Positions 1 through 12,529 of a stretch of DNA of 64,000 nucleotides are shown in pieces. The number at the start of each line of letters is the position of its first letter. Positions within the stretch are counted from its first letter, which is position 1. The position numbers and the translations under genes are program-made. The stretch is from Mustelus asterias (lineage: Eukaryota). The stretch covers positions 62,001 to 126,000 of the forward strand of contig NW_027591003.1 of the NCBI RefSeq assembly GCF_964213995.1, written 5' to 3'. The notes beneath the pieces are model-generated. The model searched no databases and was not told the DNA's origin. It saw only the letters and a list, made by a program, of their open reading frames with translations.

Positions 1-979
1 ATGCGATGTGGCTGTCATTGGAATTTGGCATTTGACCATCCCCACATGGCACTCGGCACTAACTCATTTCTATTTTGTTGGATCTGGCCCCTGTTTATAT
101 TAAAACACAGTCTGGTTCTGTTAATACTCTGCTAGATCGAAATTCAGTTTATATTGCACGAGACATTCTCTCTGGATACGTAATATTTGATACCGACCCT
201 GTATACATTTCACTCGACTGTGTCAGTGTTATTCCTGCACTTAACTATAGCTGTTTGAATTATGTCTGTATTACTACATGGTTCTGCGAGAAGAAGAGAT
301 AATATGTTGGGATAAAAACATTGTTATCAGGCAGGATCCAGAAACGGGCAGTATTGGATCGACAGCATTTGGTTGGTGCAGTCTTGGAGGGCCGATAGGC
401 CTTTCCCTGTGCGGTGATTTTCTTTGTTTTTTTGTTCTTTATTGACAACGCATGCTACACCGGGCTTGGTATCCATTTTCAATGCAGTCAGCAGAAGTAC
501 ATTTCAGATATCGCTTCTTCTTTTCCCGTGCCCAAAAACTCATAAAGTTTGCAGAGAATTGTATTCCCCCAACCACTTCCCTCATTACTGGCATTGCCCA
601 GTGCAGTTAAAAACTGAGACCATGTCCAATACAATATAAACGTGGACAGGGTCAATTGCAGAAATAAGACTGCATCTAGTTTAATGCAAATAGAGATAGG
701 TCTATATTAATATAAACAGAGACAACGTCTCGCTTAATATGAACAGAAACATGGTAACGTATAATATAACGTATAACAGCGTCTAATTTAGTATAAACAG
801 ATACAACATCCAGTTTCATATGAGTAGAGACAGGCAATATAATATTGTACGTGCAATATAAAAATAGTTAGGGTCCAGTGAAAAATCAACAAAGGCATGG
901 CTTCATAATATAAGCTGACAGAGGGTAAATTTACTGTAATATAAAGAGACTGGTTCAACCCCATGAAATTTGTAGAGAC

Positions 980-1620
980 GGCCGACTATCCCATCAAAAG
1001 CTTACAGGACAGGAGTAACGTGGTTTTAGCTGAAGAATGCAAAGTTCCCTCTGCATTGCCATATTAAACCCTCCCAAGGCAGGAATAGCATGAGTTACAT
1101 ACAAAGTGAATCTCGCTCTATACTATCCAAATCAAACATTCCCAGAACAGTATACTGTCTAGAAAGAGAGTGAAACTCCCTCTACAAAGTCTGCTCAAAC
1201 AAAATGAAGGCAGAAAGAGCAGTAACTCTCTTCTACGTAAAACCTCTTCTGCACTCTTCCTTCAGAGATTCGGGAGGCAGATTTAAATTAGTGTTAGGTA
1301 CAGGAAAAGAGCTGTCTACACAGTGCCATAAAACACACCCAGGTCAGGTACAGCAGAGATGAGATACGGATTAAATCTTCCTTGACAAAGTCATATCAAA
1401 CATTCAAAAGGAAGGTACAGTGAGTTTAGATGCAGAGTAAATATTCCAAAGACAGGGACAGCAGCGGTTAAATATGGGGACAGATCCTTTGGTACTGCCA
1501 CATTGAATCCTTATCACCAGGTACAGCCGAGGTTAGATACAGAGGAAAATGTATCAAATATACCAAGATCAAAGAATGCTCAAGAGATCTTTTAGAGTCA
1601 AGCTCTTTCACAGATTCCAA
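980..1620. repeat. Degenerate ~60-66-bp minisatellite (paralog at ~16575-17580)
   Basis: Recurrent ggttagatacagagtaaa.ctccctctaca....catcaaacactccca.g.caggtacagca units. Confidence 0.75.
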
Positions 1621-1936
1621 TTCATTGAATTAAATTCTTTTAGAAGTCTATAACTTTGGCTGAGAGAACACATTGGGTAGACATTGACTTCATGTTGTGG
1701 AGTGAAGGTGACGAACCATTGTGGGGAGATCAGACACTGAAACAGACAGGAGAAAGACAGAGAGATGAAACAGGAAATTTCAATGAATACATTTGCCGTG
1801 TCATTATATTTCGGGATCAGAGGGATGTTTTCCTAATTCTGGACATAGATATCATCATGACGTTTTTCCTCATGTAATTTAAAATCATAGCTTTCAATAA
1901 TATTGAAAAACAATCGTTACTGGAATCCGTTGATTG

Positions 1937-2087
1937 ATTTGCATGTTTGTCTCTATTTCTGTGCTGTGTTGGTGGGGAAATATTTGTTGTGTTTTTGTCA
2001 GTCAACAATCTAATCTGGGATTTCTATTTCTGTATTTATTTACATAAACACCTCACTGTTTACAATGAAATGTTCATGGCAGCAAAA
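1937..2087. promoter_or_regulatory. Candidate enhancer module 1 (octamer, kB-like and FOX sites); paralog at 17891-18041
   Basis: ATTTGCAT at 1937-1944, GGGATTTCT at 2017-2025, ATAAACA at 2044-2050 and TGTTTAC at 2057-2063. I count only 2 mismatches in 151 bp between the duplicates. Confidence 0.45.
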
Positions 2088-2203
2088 CCATAAACCGTCA
2101 CTTATTGATCTGTTTCAAATCAAAATAGCGTTTATTTTAAGAATATTAACAGTTGATTCAAAATTAATAGAAACTTTTTGAACATTCATTACACAAGATA
2201 CAA

Positions 2204-2880
2204 AGTGGCAAAGATTAGTGGGAAAATAGAGCATTTGGAAATCTTTAAAGGTCAACAGAAAGCCACGAAGAAAGCTATAAGGAAAAGTAAGATGGATGAT
2301 GAAAGTAAACTAGCTTAGAATATAAAAACAGATATCAAATGTTTCTACAAATATATAAAGCAAAAAGAAAGAGTGGCTAAAGTAAACATTGGTCCTTTAG
2401 AGGATAACAAGGGGGATGTAATAACTGGAAATGAAGAAATTCAGAGATTTTGAACATATAGTCATTGGAATTCAGAAGAGTGTCGGGAGAATCTTATAGA
2501 AGCATATAAGATTAGGAAGGGAATTAATAAGATAGAAGTGGGGAAGTTGTTTCCACTGGCAGGTGAAACCAGAACTAGGGGGCATAGCCTCAAAATAAGG
2601 AGGAGAAGATTTAGCACTCAGTTGAGGAGGAAATTATTCACACAAAGGATTGTGAATCTGTGGAATTCCCTGCCCAGTGAAGCAGTGGAGGCTACCTCAT
2701 TGAATGTTTTTAAGGCAAGGAAAAATACATTTCTGAACAGTAAAGTAATTAAGGGTTATGGTGTGCAGGCTGATAAGTGGAGCCGAGTCCACAAAAAGGT
2801 AGGCCATGATCTTATTCAATGGTGGAACAGGATCGAGGTGCCAGTTGGCCTACTTCAGCTCCTAGTTCTTACATTCCTAA
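2204..2880 (+). mobile_element. Internally deleted CR1 fragment
   Basis: A mid-ORF2 piece is joined to the C-terminus (GKLFPLAGETRTRGHSLKI...WNSLP) and 3' UTR. AAGATACAA flanks both sides as a likely TSD. Confidence 0.85.
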
Positions 2881-3069
2881 GATACAACAAACACTGTCCA
2901 GGGACCTGTCTGACCCAGACACCCAGTTGCTGCCATGGGTAAAGCCACGCAATGGCTTTCCAGGTCAGTCTCAGGGAGCCTCAGGGACGCCCGGTTTCTG
3001 CCTCTGGCTGAGCCAACACAATGTCTGATTAGACACTTTTACAAATATGAAAGAAAAACATGTAAAAAC

Positions 3070-3372
3070 AATGCCACGCACCCCGGACATACTCTCTCGC
3101 CTTTTTCCATCGCGATGATGCAAAAGCTTGAGGACATTTATAAACCGAGTCAAAAACAGTTTCTTTCCTGCTGCATTCAGACTTTTGAATGGACCAACCT
3201 CGCATTAAGTTGATCTTTTTCTACACCCTAGCTATGACTGTAACATTACATTCTATACTCTCTCCCTTTCTTCCCTATGTACAGTATGCTCTGTCTATAT
3301 AGTGAACACGAAACAATAACTTTCACTGTGTAGTAATATGTGTGATAATAATAAATCAAATGAAATCAAATA
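3070..3372 (+). mobile_element. Rex1/Babar 3' end remnant (paralog at ~20100-20405)
   Basis: ccacgcaccccggacatactctc...cctgctgc...gacttttgaatggacc...aataaatcaaat matches the 3' end of the Rex1 copies at 49-52 kb. Confidence 0.8.
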
Positions 3373-5270
3373 AAATTTATCAAAAATACCGAGGATTACT
3401 CCCGGTGAATTGATTGCTGACACTGGAACATTCCAGAAACAGATTAATACTGAGGCAGTAAGATTGAGATCCATTGTAATGTCTCTGCAAGTCCAAGGGG
3501 TGAAATTGCATTTGATTATCTGTTATATAAAAGAAACAATTTCATTGTAAATTAAATACCTTCATTTCTGCACCTCTTCACAAGGGAATAGACATAAACA
3601 AGGTGACATTATCTTATCAGGGTAAAGACGTCAGTCAGATTTGCAATAATTCTGTGTCTCTAACACATTGCAGCAAAATAATAATTCATTAAAGGAATTA
3701 TTAACGATTTATGGAACTACATGCTGGGATGATTGTATTTCAGGTGTGGATAGCTATCCGTGTAATTTGGGACTGGATATAAGCAAAAAGGGAAGCAATG
3801 GCTTCGTGTTATTATCGCTATACAATTAATCCACAAACTCAACTAATGTTCTCAGGATCTGGCTTCGAATCCCGCCACGGCAGATGGTGGAATTTAAATT
3901 CAAGGAAAACGTCTGGACTTAGGAATCTACTTATGACCATGATATCGTTGCCGATTGTCTTCAGTAATGTCCTTTCGAGAAGGAAATCTGCAGTCCTTGC
4001 CTGGCTGGCCTACATGTCATTCCAGAGCCACAGCAATGTGGTTGGCTCTCAACTGCCCTCGGACAAGGAGTGGGCAATAAATGCTGACCATCCAGCGGCA
4101 TCCATGTCCATAGAATCCCTACAGAGCAGAAGGAGGCCATTTGGCCCATTAGGCCTGCACCGACAACATTCCCACTCAGGCCCTATCCCCATCACCCCAC
4201 GTATATTCGCTGCTAATTCCCTTGGCATCATGGAAGAATTTATCATCGCCAATCAACCTAAGCGTCACATCTTCGGACCATGTGAGTAAATAGGCTGACA
4301 ATTGGAGGACGTGCAGACTCCACACAGACAGAGACTCCACGCAGATCCAAACCGGGAATTGAATCCGGGTCCCTTGCGTTGTGCGGCAGCAGTGCTAACA
4401 ACTATGCCACCGTGCCGTCCATGAATGAATTGAAAAAAGAAACTCCTCATATGATACAATGTTACACCTCATATTTCCCCAACAGCTCCTTAACCCTGTG
4501 AAAATTAACAGTGAAAGAAACATGGTTGACTTATAATTAATTGAGTTGACAGAGATACATAAAATTGAAATCGATTTTGACAGAGAAATTAATGAATCAG
4601 AACCAACACGGCGATCAGGAAAGTTCTCCTTCAGCATCCCAATCATTACAGCTCATTTTATTGGCCACCGCTGTCTAACATTCATTCGTCGTGGGAACAC
4701 AGGATATCAGGACTTTGCGGCATTTTGCACAATATCACAAGAGTAAATGTTTTATCTTCCACTGAACCAGGTTATGAACTGGTCATTTCTTCACTCATTG
4801 GCAGCTATGAGAGGGACTGTTAAATAATCGAAATCAGGTTATGCTGCACAACAGAACATGGTGCCAATCACGTATAATTGACGTTGTCTTTTTAAAGAGG
4901 TGTAGAACACTGAGAATATTCCAGGAATCCGCGCTGTTCAAGGCAGTTATATGACTTTCTTTTACTTTTAATTATTTTAATTTTGGGCCATTACACAGAT
5001 CTCGTTGGACTGAGGGATTGGGGACATCAAAATCTCTTTCGTGCACTTCATGAAGTTGCTCACAACGTGGATTTAATTGTTGGAACGACATTTATTTGGA
5101 AGTTATACAAATGAAATAGCACCTAGCCAATTTGCTAGTTTCCGATACTGTTTAATCACATAATGAACAGTGCATTCATTTAAAATATTTGCTGAGAATA
5201 CCACTTAAAACGTGTCTTTCTTGTGGGAATCAAACATTTATTATATAACTGGCTAAATCCCATTTTATTC

Positions 5271-5500
5271 TTACAGATTCACGTTAATCTGTCCCACGCA
5301 GTATTTGGCAGCAGTCCAACCTGCTGCCAAATACCCGAAGATACTTACAGGAAGCATCTGAGGGTGTTTGTTCAGAAACTCAAAGATCTGTTTCCTCAGC
5401 ACTGAGCGCTTGGCTGCAAGCCAACTTCAAACTCTTAGCATTGTCAATGGGGCCTATTTATAAACAAATCTGCCCAGCAACAGTACTGGAGGCAAGTTAA
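5271..5500. promoter_or_regulatory. Candidate enhancer module 2 (ETS plus E-box, PU.1, NFI, MEF2, FOX); paralog at ~22219-22448
   Basis: CAGGAAG-CATCTG at 5348-5360, TTCCTC at 5392-5397, TTGGC-N5-GCCAA at 5410-5424 and CTATTTATAA at 5454-5463 overlapping TAAACA. All are retained in copy B (22296, 22358, 22402). Confidence 0.5.
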
Positions 5501-7090
5501 TTATTGTTTAAGTTGTAAACCTATATGAATGCTTCCCATTTCTTTGGAAAAGAAAGTTTCCAGCTTCTCTGGCGCCTTGTTAGCAACAATGATGATCTCT
5601 CCAACACAACAAAATACCGTGAACGATGGATAAAAATAAACACAGGCAGATTGTGAGAGTTGATTCAGAGAGGTGATACATTTTATAATACATAAACATG
5701 TATGCTTGTGTTTTATTTCACTTTTTTCTTCCATGGGACGTGGGAGTCTCTGGAAAGACCAACATTTGTTTCCTGTGCTTAATTTATTTTGAACTGAGTG
5801 GTGTGTTAGGACATTTCAGAAGGCATTGCCCAGTTACGCATACTGCTGTCCGTCTGGAGTCACACCCTGGTGAGACTAAGTATGGATGGCAGATTTCCTT
5901 GACTGGGGAATCAGAGTGGTTAATCTGGTCGCTGCAAATATGAATCCAGATTTATTGATTGAATTCAAATTCCACCAGCTGCCATGGTCGGATTTAATCT
6001 CGTGTTCACACATCACTGGCCTGGGCCTCTGGATTACTGCTCCACTGGCATTAATATTACGCCACCATCGACACAAGAAATAAATAAATGCTTGTGTTGA
6101 TGCAGGGGTGAACGATAGTTGGATGCCTGAATGTTTTCATCGAGAAATCAGTGAATGGACTGATGGATGTGATGATAGCTGGTCCTGACATTTGTTGTTC
6201 CACATACGCACACTTGTGTTTTACTACTTCAAAAATCGAGGCTGGTCCTTTATTACAATTGTGTCAGTCCACAACCTTTAATCCTTCCAGATTTTCTGGG
6301 TGAATTCCATCCCAGGGATATGCGGAACAAATGAATTGAACGTCACTAAGAGTAGTCTGATTTCCCCCCCTGCTGATGGTGAATCTCCAAATGCAAGATG
6401 GAAAGAGGGAACATGATTAGGTTGATTAGGGAAGATTGTAATATTTGGAACATGTGGCCTTCCTAGTGCAACAAAATCACTCAACAGATCATCACCCAAT
6501 TTAGTGAAGATAATACGCTAAAAAATAAACGATGTGGCAACTACAATATTGTGAAACTCACTGGACAGCTTGAAGTTTTAAATTACTTGCCAGAACTTTT
6601 AAAAATGAATCGGGATTTTAAGCGTCTATAAATTCACATTACATACAGATACTTTCAGTTCTACAGTCATTTTTAAAATGGTCACACACTCCAGTTATAT
6701 ATCAGGAGTTTCTGTGTGATGATGAGGTCATTACTTGTTAATAAAGCGCAGAGGCTGCTGGGTAGCTGCTACTATTTGGCTGATTTAATTCAATTTCCCG
6801 CTGAATTCTGGGGCAGATTTGTTTCTTTCGTGACAGAAAGGCCAATGTTATCTCAATACATTTGAATCTGCAGTTTCATAAACTGCAATTATATTTGCAT
6901 CAAATAAAATACTGACAATAATTGGTGAAATATTAATTTATTTTTGTGAATTGAAGGTTATTGGTAATATTGACGCCAGGCAATGATCATCTCCAAAAAG
7001 GGAGAACCTACCCATTGCCCCTTGTCACTCAATGATATTATGATACTGAATCACCCACTATAAACATCGGCGGGGTTACCATTGGCTAAT

Positions 7091-7939
7091 AAGAACATAA
7101 GAACATAAGAAATAGGAGCAGGAGTAGGCCATCTAGCCCCTCGAGCCTGCCCCGCCATTCAATAAGACCATGGCTGATCTGATAGTGGTTTAGTTCCACT
7201 TACCCGCCCGCTCCCCATAACCCTTAATTCCCTTATTGATCAGAGATCTATCTACCTGTGACTTCAACATATTTAACGAGGTAGCCTCCACTGCTTCAAT
7301 GGGCAGAGAATTCCAGAGATTCACTACCCTCTGAGAAAAGAAGTTCCCCCTCAACTCTGTTCTAAACTGACTCCCCCTTATTTTGAGGCTGTGTCCTCTC
7401 GTTCTTGTTTCCTTTCTAAGTGGAAAGAATCTCTCTGCCTCTACCCTGTCTAGCCACTTCATTATCTTATATGTCTCTATAAGATCTCCCCTCAGCCTTC
7501 TAAACTCCAACGAGTACAGGCCCGATCTACACAATCTCTCCTCATAAGCTAACCCCCTCATCTCTGGTATCAACCTGGTCAACCTTCTCTGTACTCCCTC
7601 CAAAGCCAATATATCCTTCCGCAAATAAAGGGACCAAAATTGCACACAGTACTCTAGTTGCAGCCTCACCAGTACCTTGTACAATTTCAGCAAGACCTCC
7701 CTGCTTTTATACTCCATCCCCTTCGCGATAAAGGCCAACATTCCATTTGCCTTCTTGATCACCTGCTGCACCTGCAAATTGAGTTTTTGCGATTCATGCA
7801 CAAGGACCGACCCCCAGGTCCCTCTGCACAGTAGCATGTTGTAATTTTTCACCATATAAATAATAGTCCATTTTACTATTATTCCTTCCAAAGCGGATAA
7901 CCTCACACTTGTCAACGTTATACTCCATCTGCTGCATTA
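7091..7939 (-). mobile_element. CR1 3' fragment with TAAT target-site duplication
   Basis: ORF 7190-7915 encodes the CR1 C-terminus, followed by a (TTCTTATG)n tail. TAAT lies at 7087-7090 and 7940-7943, and the empty site attggctaatcgctg is present in the paralogous segment at ~26981. Confidence 0.92.
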
Positions 7940-9059
7940 TAATCGCTGCATTAACTAGGTATATAAATGCTCCGGCTAGAATATCAGGTCAGCCTGCTGT
8001 GAGTAACCCACCTCCTGACTCCCCAAACCTGTGCACCACCTACACGACACAAGTTAGGAGAGTAAAAGGGTTCTCTCCACTTGCTTGAGTAAGTGCAGCT
8101 CAAACAGTATTCAAGAATCTTCATACCATTCAGGACAAAGCAGCCGGCTGGACTGGCACAGCATTTGCAAATGCTCAGTCCCTCCACCACAGAGAGCAGC
8201 ATTATGTACCATCTACAAGTTTCACTTCCGAAACTCACCGAAACTCCTTACGCAACACCTTCCAACCACACGACACCTACCATCTGGAAGGACAGGGGTA
8301 ACAATTACCAGGGAATATCACCTATAAATTCCCCTCCAAGTCAGTCATATACCTGACTTGGAAATATATCGTCCTTCCTTCACTATCGCTGGATCGAAAT
8401 CCTAGAAGTCCCTCTGCAACAGCACAGTGTGGATGGCAATTGGTGAAAATAAATACCAACTTTCTGAACATTTATTACCTTCTCTTTCTCTGCCAGAAGA
8501 TAGGTTCCGTTCCACAGGAGACTCATCATTCAAAAGCATCACACTATCCGAAGACAAGGTCGACAGAAGAGGCGGCAACATCTGCAGCTGTATCTCAATC
8601 ATAGCATCATGGGAAAGGCCTTTGATAGGATGACAATTTTGTTACTCATCTGCTTGAAGACCGGGATTAACCTGAAGCACAGTGTTGTGTTTGTGTTGGA
8701 AGATATACGTATCATAACCATACCTTCCTGAATCTAAATAAGACATTCGACACTAGCATCAGAGCAGAGACTACAAGATTTGGGGGAACTAGGCTCTCCA
8801 ACAAAAATTCCTCGGTCTCATTCATGACACAGAAAACGACAATATACAACCACAACTAATAGCTTCATGGGCAACACTTGCCGTTGAATCAACCTCTCAG
8901 AAATTGCCCATCGAGTCTGCACCGAATCTCTGACAGAGTATCTGAGCCAAACCCTTTCCCCTACCCATGTCCCATAGCCCCACACATTTACCATGACCAA
9001 TCCACCTAATCTGAACACCTTTGGATACTAAGGGGCAATTTAGCATGGCCATTAGAATG

Positions 9060-11370
9060 TATTCCATATTTATTAATTGAATTCAAATTCCACCAGCTGC
9101 AATGCTCCGATTTAAATCCCTGTCCCCACATCATTGTCCTGGGTCTCCGGATCACTGGGCCAATTAAATTGATATTACGTCACCATCTGCGCAAACAATA
9201 AATGAATGACTGTCTTGATGCAGGAATGAATGACAGTTGAATGAATGATAGTTGGACGAATGACAGTTGGATGCCTGAATATTTTGATTGAGGAATCAGT
9301 GAATGGATTGATGGATGCATTGTTAAATGGTACTGAAAGATGTTGTTCTACATTCCCATATTTGTACTTGACTGGTCCATAAATTGAAACAGCTCCTTTA
9401 TCCCATTTCTGTCAGTCTAATAACGTCAATACTTCCAGAGGTTCTGGGAGAAATCCAACCCTAGTTTCTAGGGAGCTAGCAAGCTGATCCTCACGAAAAG
9501 AAGAGGGGATTTTCCTGCAGCACGGATGGTTCATTTCTCTGCTGATGCTGAATATTCATATCCAAGATCGAAAGAGGGAACATGATTTGGCTGAGGAGGG
9601 AGGATTGTAATATTTGAAACATGTGCAGCGAATCACTCACCATGCCCTCACCCAAATTAGTGAAGGTAACAAGCTGTAAAATAAATAATGTGGCAACAGA
9701 TATATTGTGAAACTCACTGGATAACTACAAGTGTTACATTATTTCCCAAAACTGTGTAATAATGAATCGGGATTTAAAGATTCAGTAAAATCATATTTGG
9801 TGCAGGTGGCTTAATTTGTATGATTACTTTGGAAATCATCACACCAGTTATGATTCAGGAGTTTAAAGCGCAGAGTCTGCTGGGTAGCTACTCATGATCC
9901 TCGGTCTGTATTCATTCAATTTCCAACTGAATTCTGGGACAGATTTTATTCTTGGTGACCAAAAGGTGTCAATAAATGTTAATATCAATAAATTATTCAA
10001 AGCAAAGTTGTATAGAAGGAAATACTGGAAACAAACAGAAAATGCTGGAAAATCTCAGCAGGTCTGACAGCATCTGTGGAGACAGAATAGAGCCAACGTT
10101 TCGAGTCTGGATGACGCTTCGGCAGAGTATTCCTGATGCGTTGGAGAGATCATCATTGTTTCTAACAAGGTGTCAGACAAGCTGCATAACTTTCCTGTGA
10201 AATGGGAATAGTTCAAATAGATACTGTTTAATTATATGCACTATTTCGAGCCACACACAAGTTTCATCAATTTACATACCGATCCCAAAAATCATCAACT
10301 TCTCCATGCTAACTAACCTAATCAACATCTCAATCGCTAACTATATCCTAATCCCTTTCCACCTCATCATTTCCCAATGTCATCACCCTCTTCAATTTCC
10401 CCCAAATAAAAAAAAGGGTCATCCCGACTCGAAACTTTGACTCTATTAAATTATAGCTTAGACAGTCGCCCACCTTCCATCAAGTAATTTTAAATAGACT
10501 AACCTTTGTGAATGAATGAGAATTGGTGAATGCATTTATTAAATTGCGAATGGATGGTCATTGGTGAAAATAATTACTATCTTTCTGAACATTTATGACA
10601 TTCTCCTTATTTGCTGGAAGATTTAAGGTTTGTAGTTCATTTATTAATGTCGCAAGTAGGCTTACATTAACACTGCAATGAAGTCACTGTAAAATCCCTG
10701 AGTCGCCACACTGTAGCTTCTGTTCGGGTACACTGAGGGAGAATTTATCCTGGCCAGTACACATTACCAGCATGCCTTTTCGGACTGTGCAGGAAACTGG
10801 ACCACCCAGAAGAAATCCACGCATAAACGGGGAGAAAGTACAGACTCCGCACAGACACTGACCCAAGCCGGAACCAAACCAGTGGCCCTGGCACTGTGAG
10901 GCAACAGAGCTAACCACTGTGCCACCATGGCACCCATCATTCCATAAGACAGGCATGATTCAAATTCATCACACTTTTTGCAAAGTAAACCGATGGAAGA
11001 GACTATTACAACTACCAACATATCTCAGTCATAACATCACGGGTAAGATCTTTGCTGGGGTCACACTTGAAATACATCATCTGCTTGCAGACCGGGTGTT
11101 CCTGATGTGCAGTGTAGTGACTGTGTTGGAACATTTACTCCAGCCAACAACTTCTCCATGTTCCATATGTGTCCATATCTTTAACGTACTTCGGCCAATC
11201 TCGCGAAGTCATTCAACACCGTCAGCAGGGCAAGGAATACAGGATTTTGGTGATAACTGGCTCTACACCAAAGCTCCTAATATCCATTCATGATACAAAA
11301 ACGATAACACACAATGACGAATGGTAGCTTCATGGGCAGCACTTGTGGCAGAACTAACTTTTCAAAAATT
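9060..11370 (+). repeat. Older, more diverged partial duplicate of ~5940-8880
   Basis: 9061~5945 (tttatt.attgaattcaaattccaccagctgc), 9570~6400 (gaaagagggaacatgatt), 9866~6743 (aaagcgcagag.ctgctgggtagct), 10550~8430 and 11240~8775. Confidence 0.8.
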
Positions 11371-12529
11371 GGCCTCCTCAATCATTAGAAAAGGTGACAT
11401 ATGTAAAGGAAGCCAATCTGAATTGGATGTGTTTATTGTGTGTCCATCATGTAGTGTAAATGGAAGGATGCAAGTGATCATTGTGGAATTAATTTGTATA
11501 AAACACGATGTATTTCACATAACACACACACACACACCAAGATGCTCAATTTGGGTCCCGCACGGAGCACTCGATTCCAGAAATGATTTGGAAATAGTCC
11601 AAATATAGATTTAAAAACATAAATTAAAAAGGTGAATAGAGAGTGCCTGCCCTTGACATGGACACAGCGTCTGACCGTTTGTGGCATCAAGGAGCCCGAG
11701 CGAAACTGCAGTCAATGGGAATCAGGGGGAACAGAGTCCACTGCCTGAGTCATGCTGAGCACAAAGGAAGATGGTTGTTGATGGTCAATCATGCCAGTCA
11801 CACGCATTGCTGCAGGAATTCTTCAGGTTAGTGACCTAGCCCCAAGCTTCAGCCTTCATCAAAGTTCAGAAGTGGGATTTTCACTGATGATTGCACAAAG
11901 TTCCGCACCAGTTGCGACTCCTCAGTTACTGACACAGTCTGTGTCCATATGCAGTAAGACTTAGAAAACATTCCGTCTTTGGATAATGAATGACAAGGAA
12001 CATTAATGGACCACAAGTGGCAGGCAATGACAGTCTCCAATGAGGGAGATTCCAAACCACTCCCCATGACATTAAATGGCATTACCCATCGCTGAATTCG
12101 CCCATTATCAACATCCTGGGAATTATAATTCGTGAAAATCTGAACGAAGACAGACGTTTAAATCATGTGGCCACAGGAGCAGGTCAGACGCTCGGAGTTC
12201 TGCTGTGAACAACGCACCTCCTGAATTCCAAACTCCTATCCATCATCTACAAGGCAAAAGGCAGGAGTATGAACAAATATCACAGAACAGTAAAGCACAG
12301 GAACAGGCTCTTCGGCCCACCAAATATGTGCCGACACAAATGATTGAATATTCTCTACTTGCCTGACTTGTGCCACTCAAAAGCTCAATGTCATTCTGGA
12401 GAAAGTAGCTGGCTCGAAAAACACCCCACCCACCAGCTTCCCAAAGCCTGCCACCATATTCTCAAAGGAAATCATGGTTTGACAACAAAAGCTGACTTTC
12501 CCAGTGACATCAAAATCACATGAAACAAT

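Larger units (their letters stand above)
1..8730 (+). repeat. Segmental duplication, copy A (left end outside the window)
   Basis: Colinear with 15637-27980: 1~15637, 1937~17891, 4440~21421, 5410~22358, 6700~26590, 7081~26981, 8430~27676. Identity is roughly 80-90% by eye, with copy-specific TE insertions. Confidence 0.93.

Noticed and set aside
980-1620. Regularly spaced repeats resembling a CRISPR array
   Set aside because: The DNA is eukaryotic, and the units are degenerate tandem minisatellites without unique spacers or cas genes.
1690-1790. Strong minus-strand polypyrimidine tract with AG near 1738, downstream of the octamer (possible leader or V exon)
   Set aside because: The following sequence has no Ig V features, and the AG is not conserved in copy B.
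3798-4289. 163-aa ORF
   Set aside because: It spans two adjacent SINEs and is a chance open frame.
5277-5405. Possible plus-strand exon after ttcttacag (IHVNLSHAVFG...FPQH)
   Set aside because: The paralog has an in-frame stop and mostly non-synonymous differences, and the other frames are closed. It is better explained as non-coding.
684-6900. Additional octamer motifs at 684-691 and 6893-6900
   Set aside because: Neither is conserved in duplication copy B, and one lies in a minisatellite.
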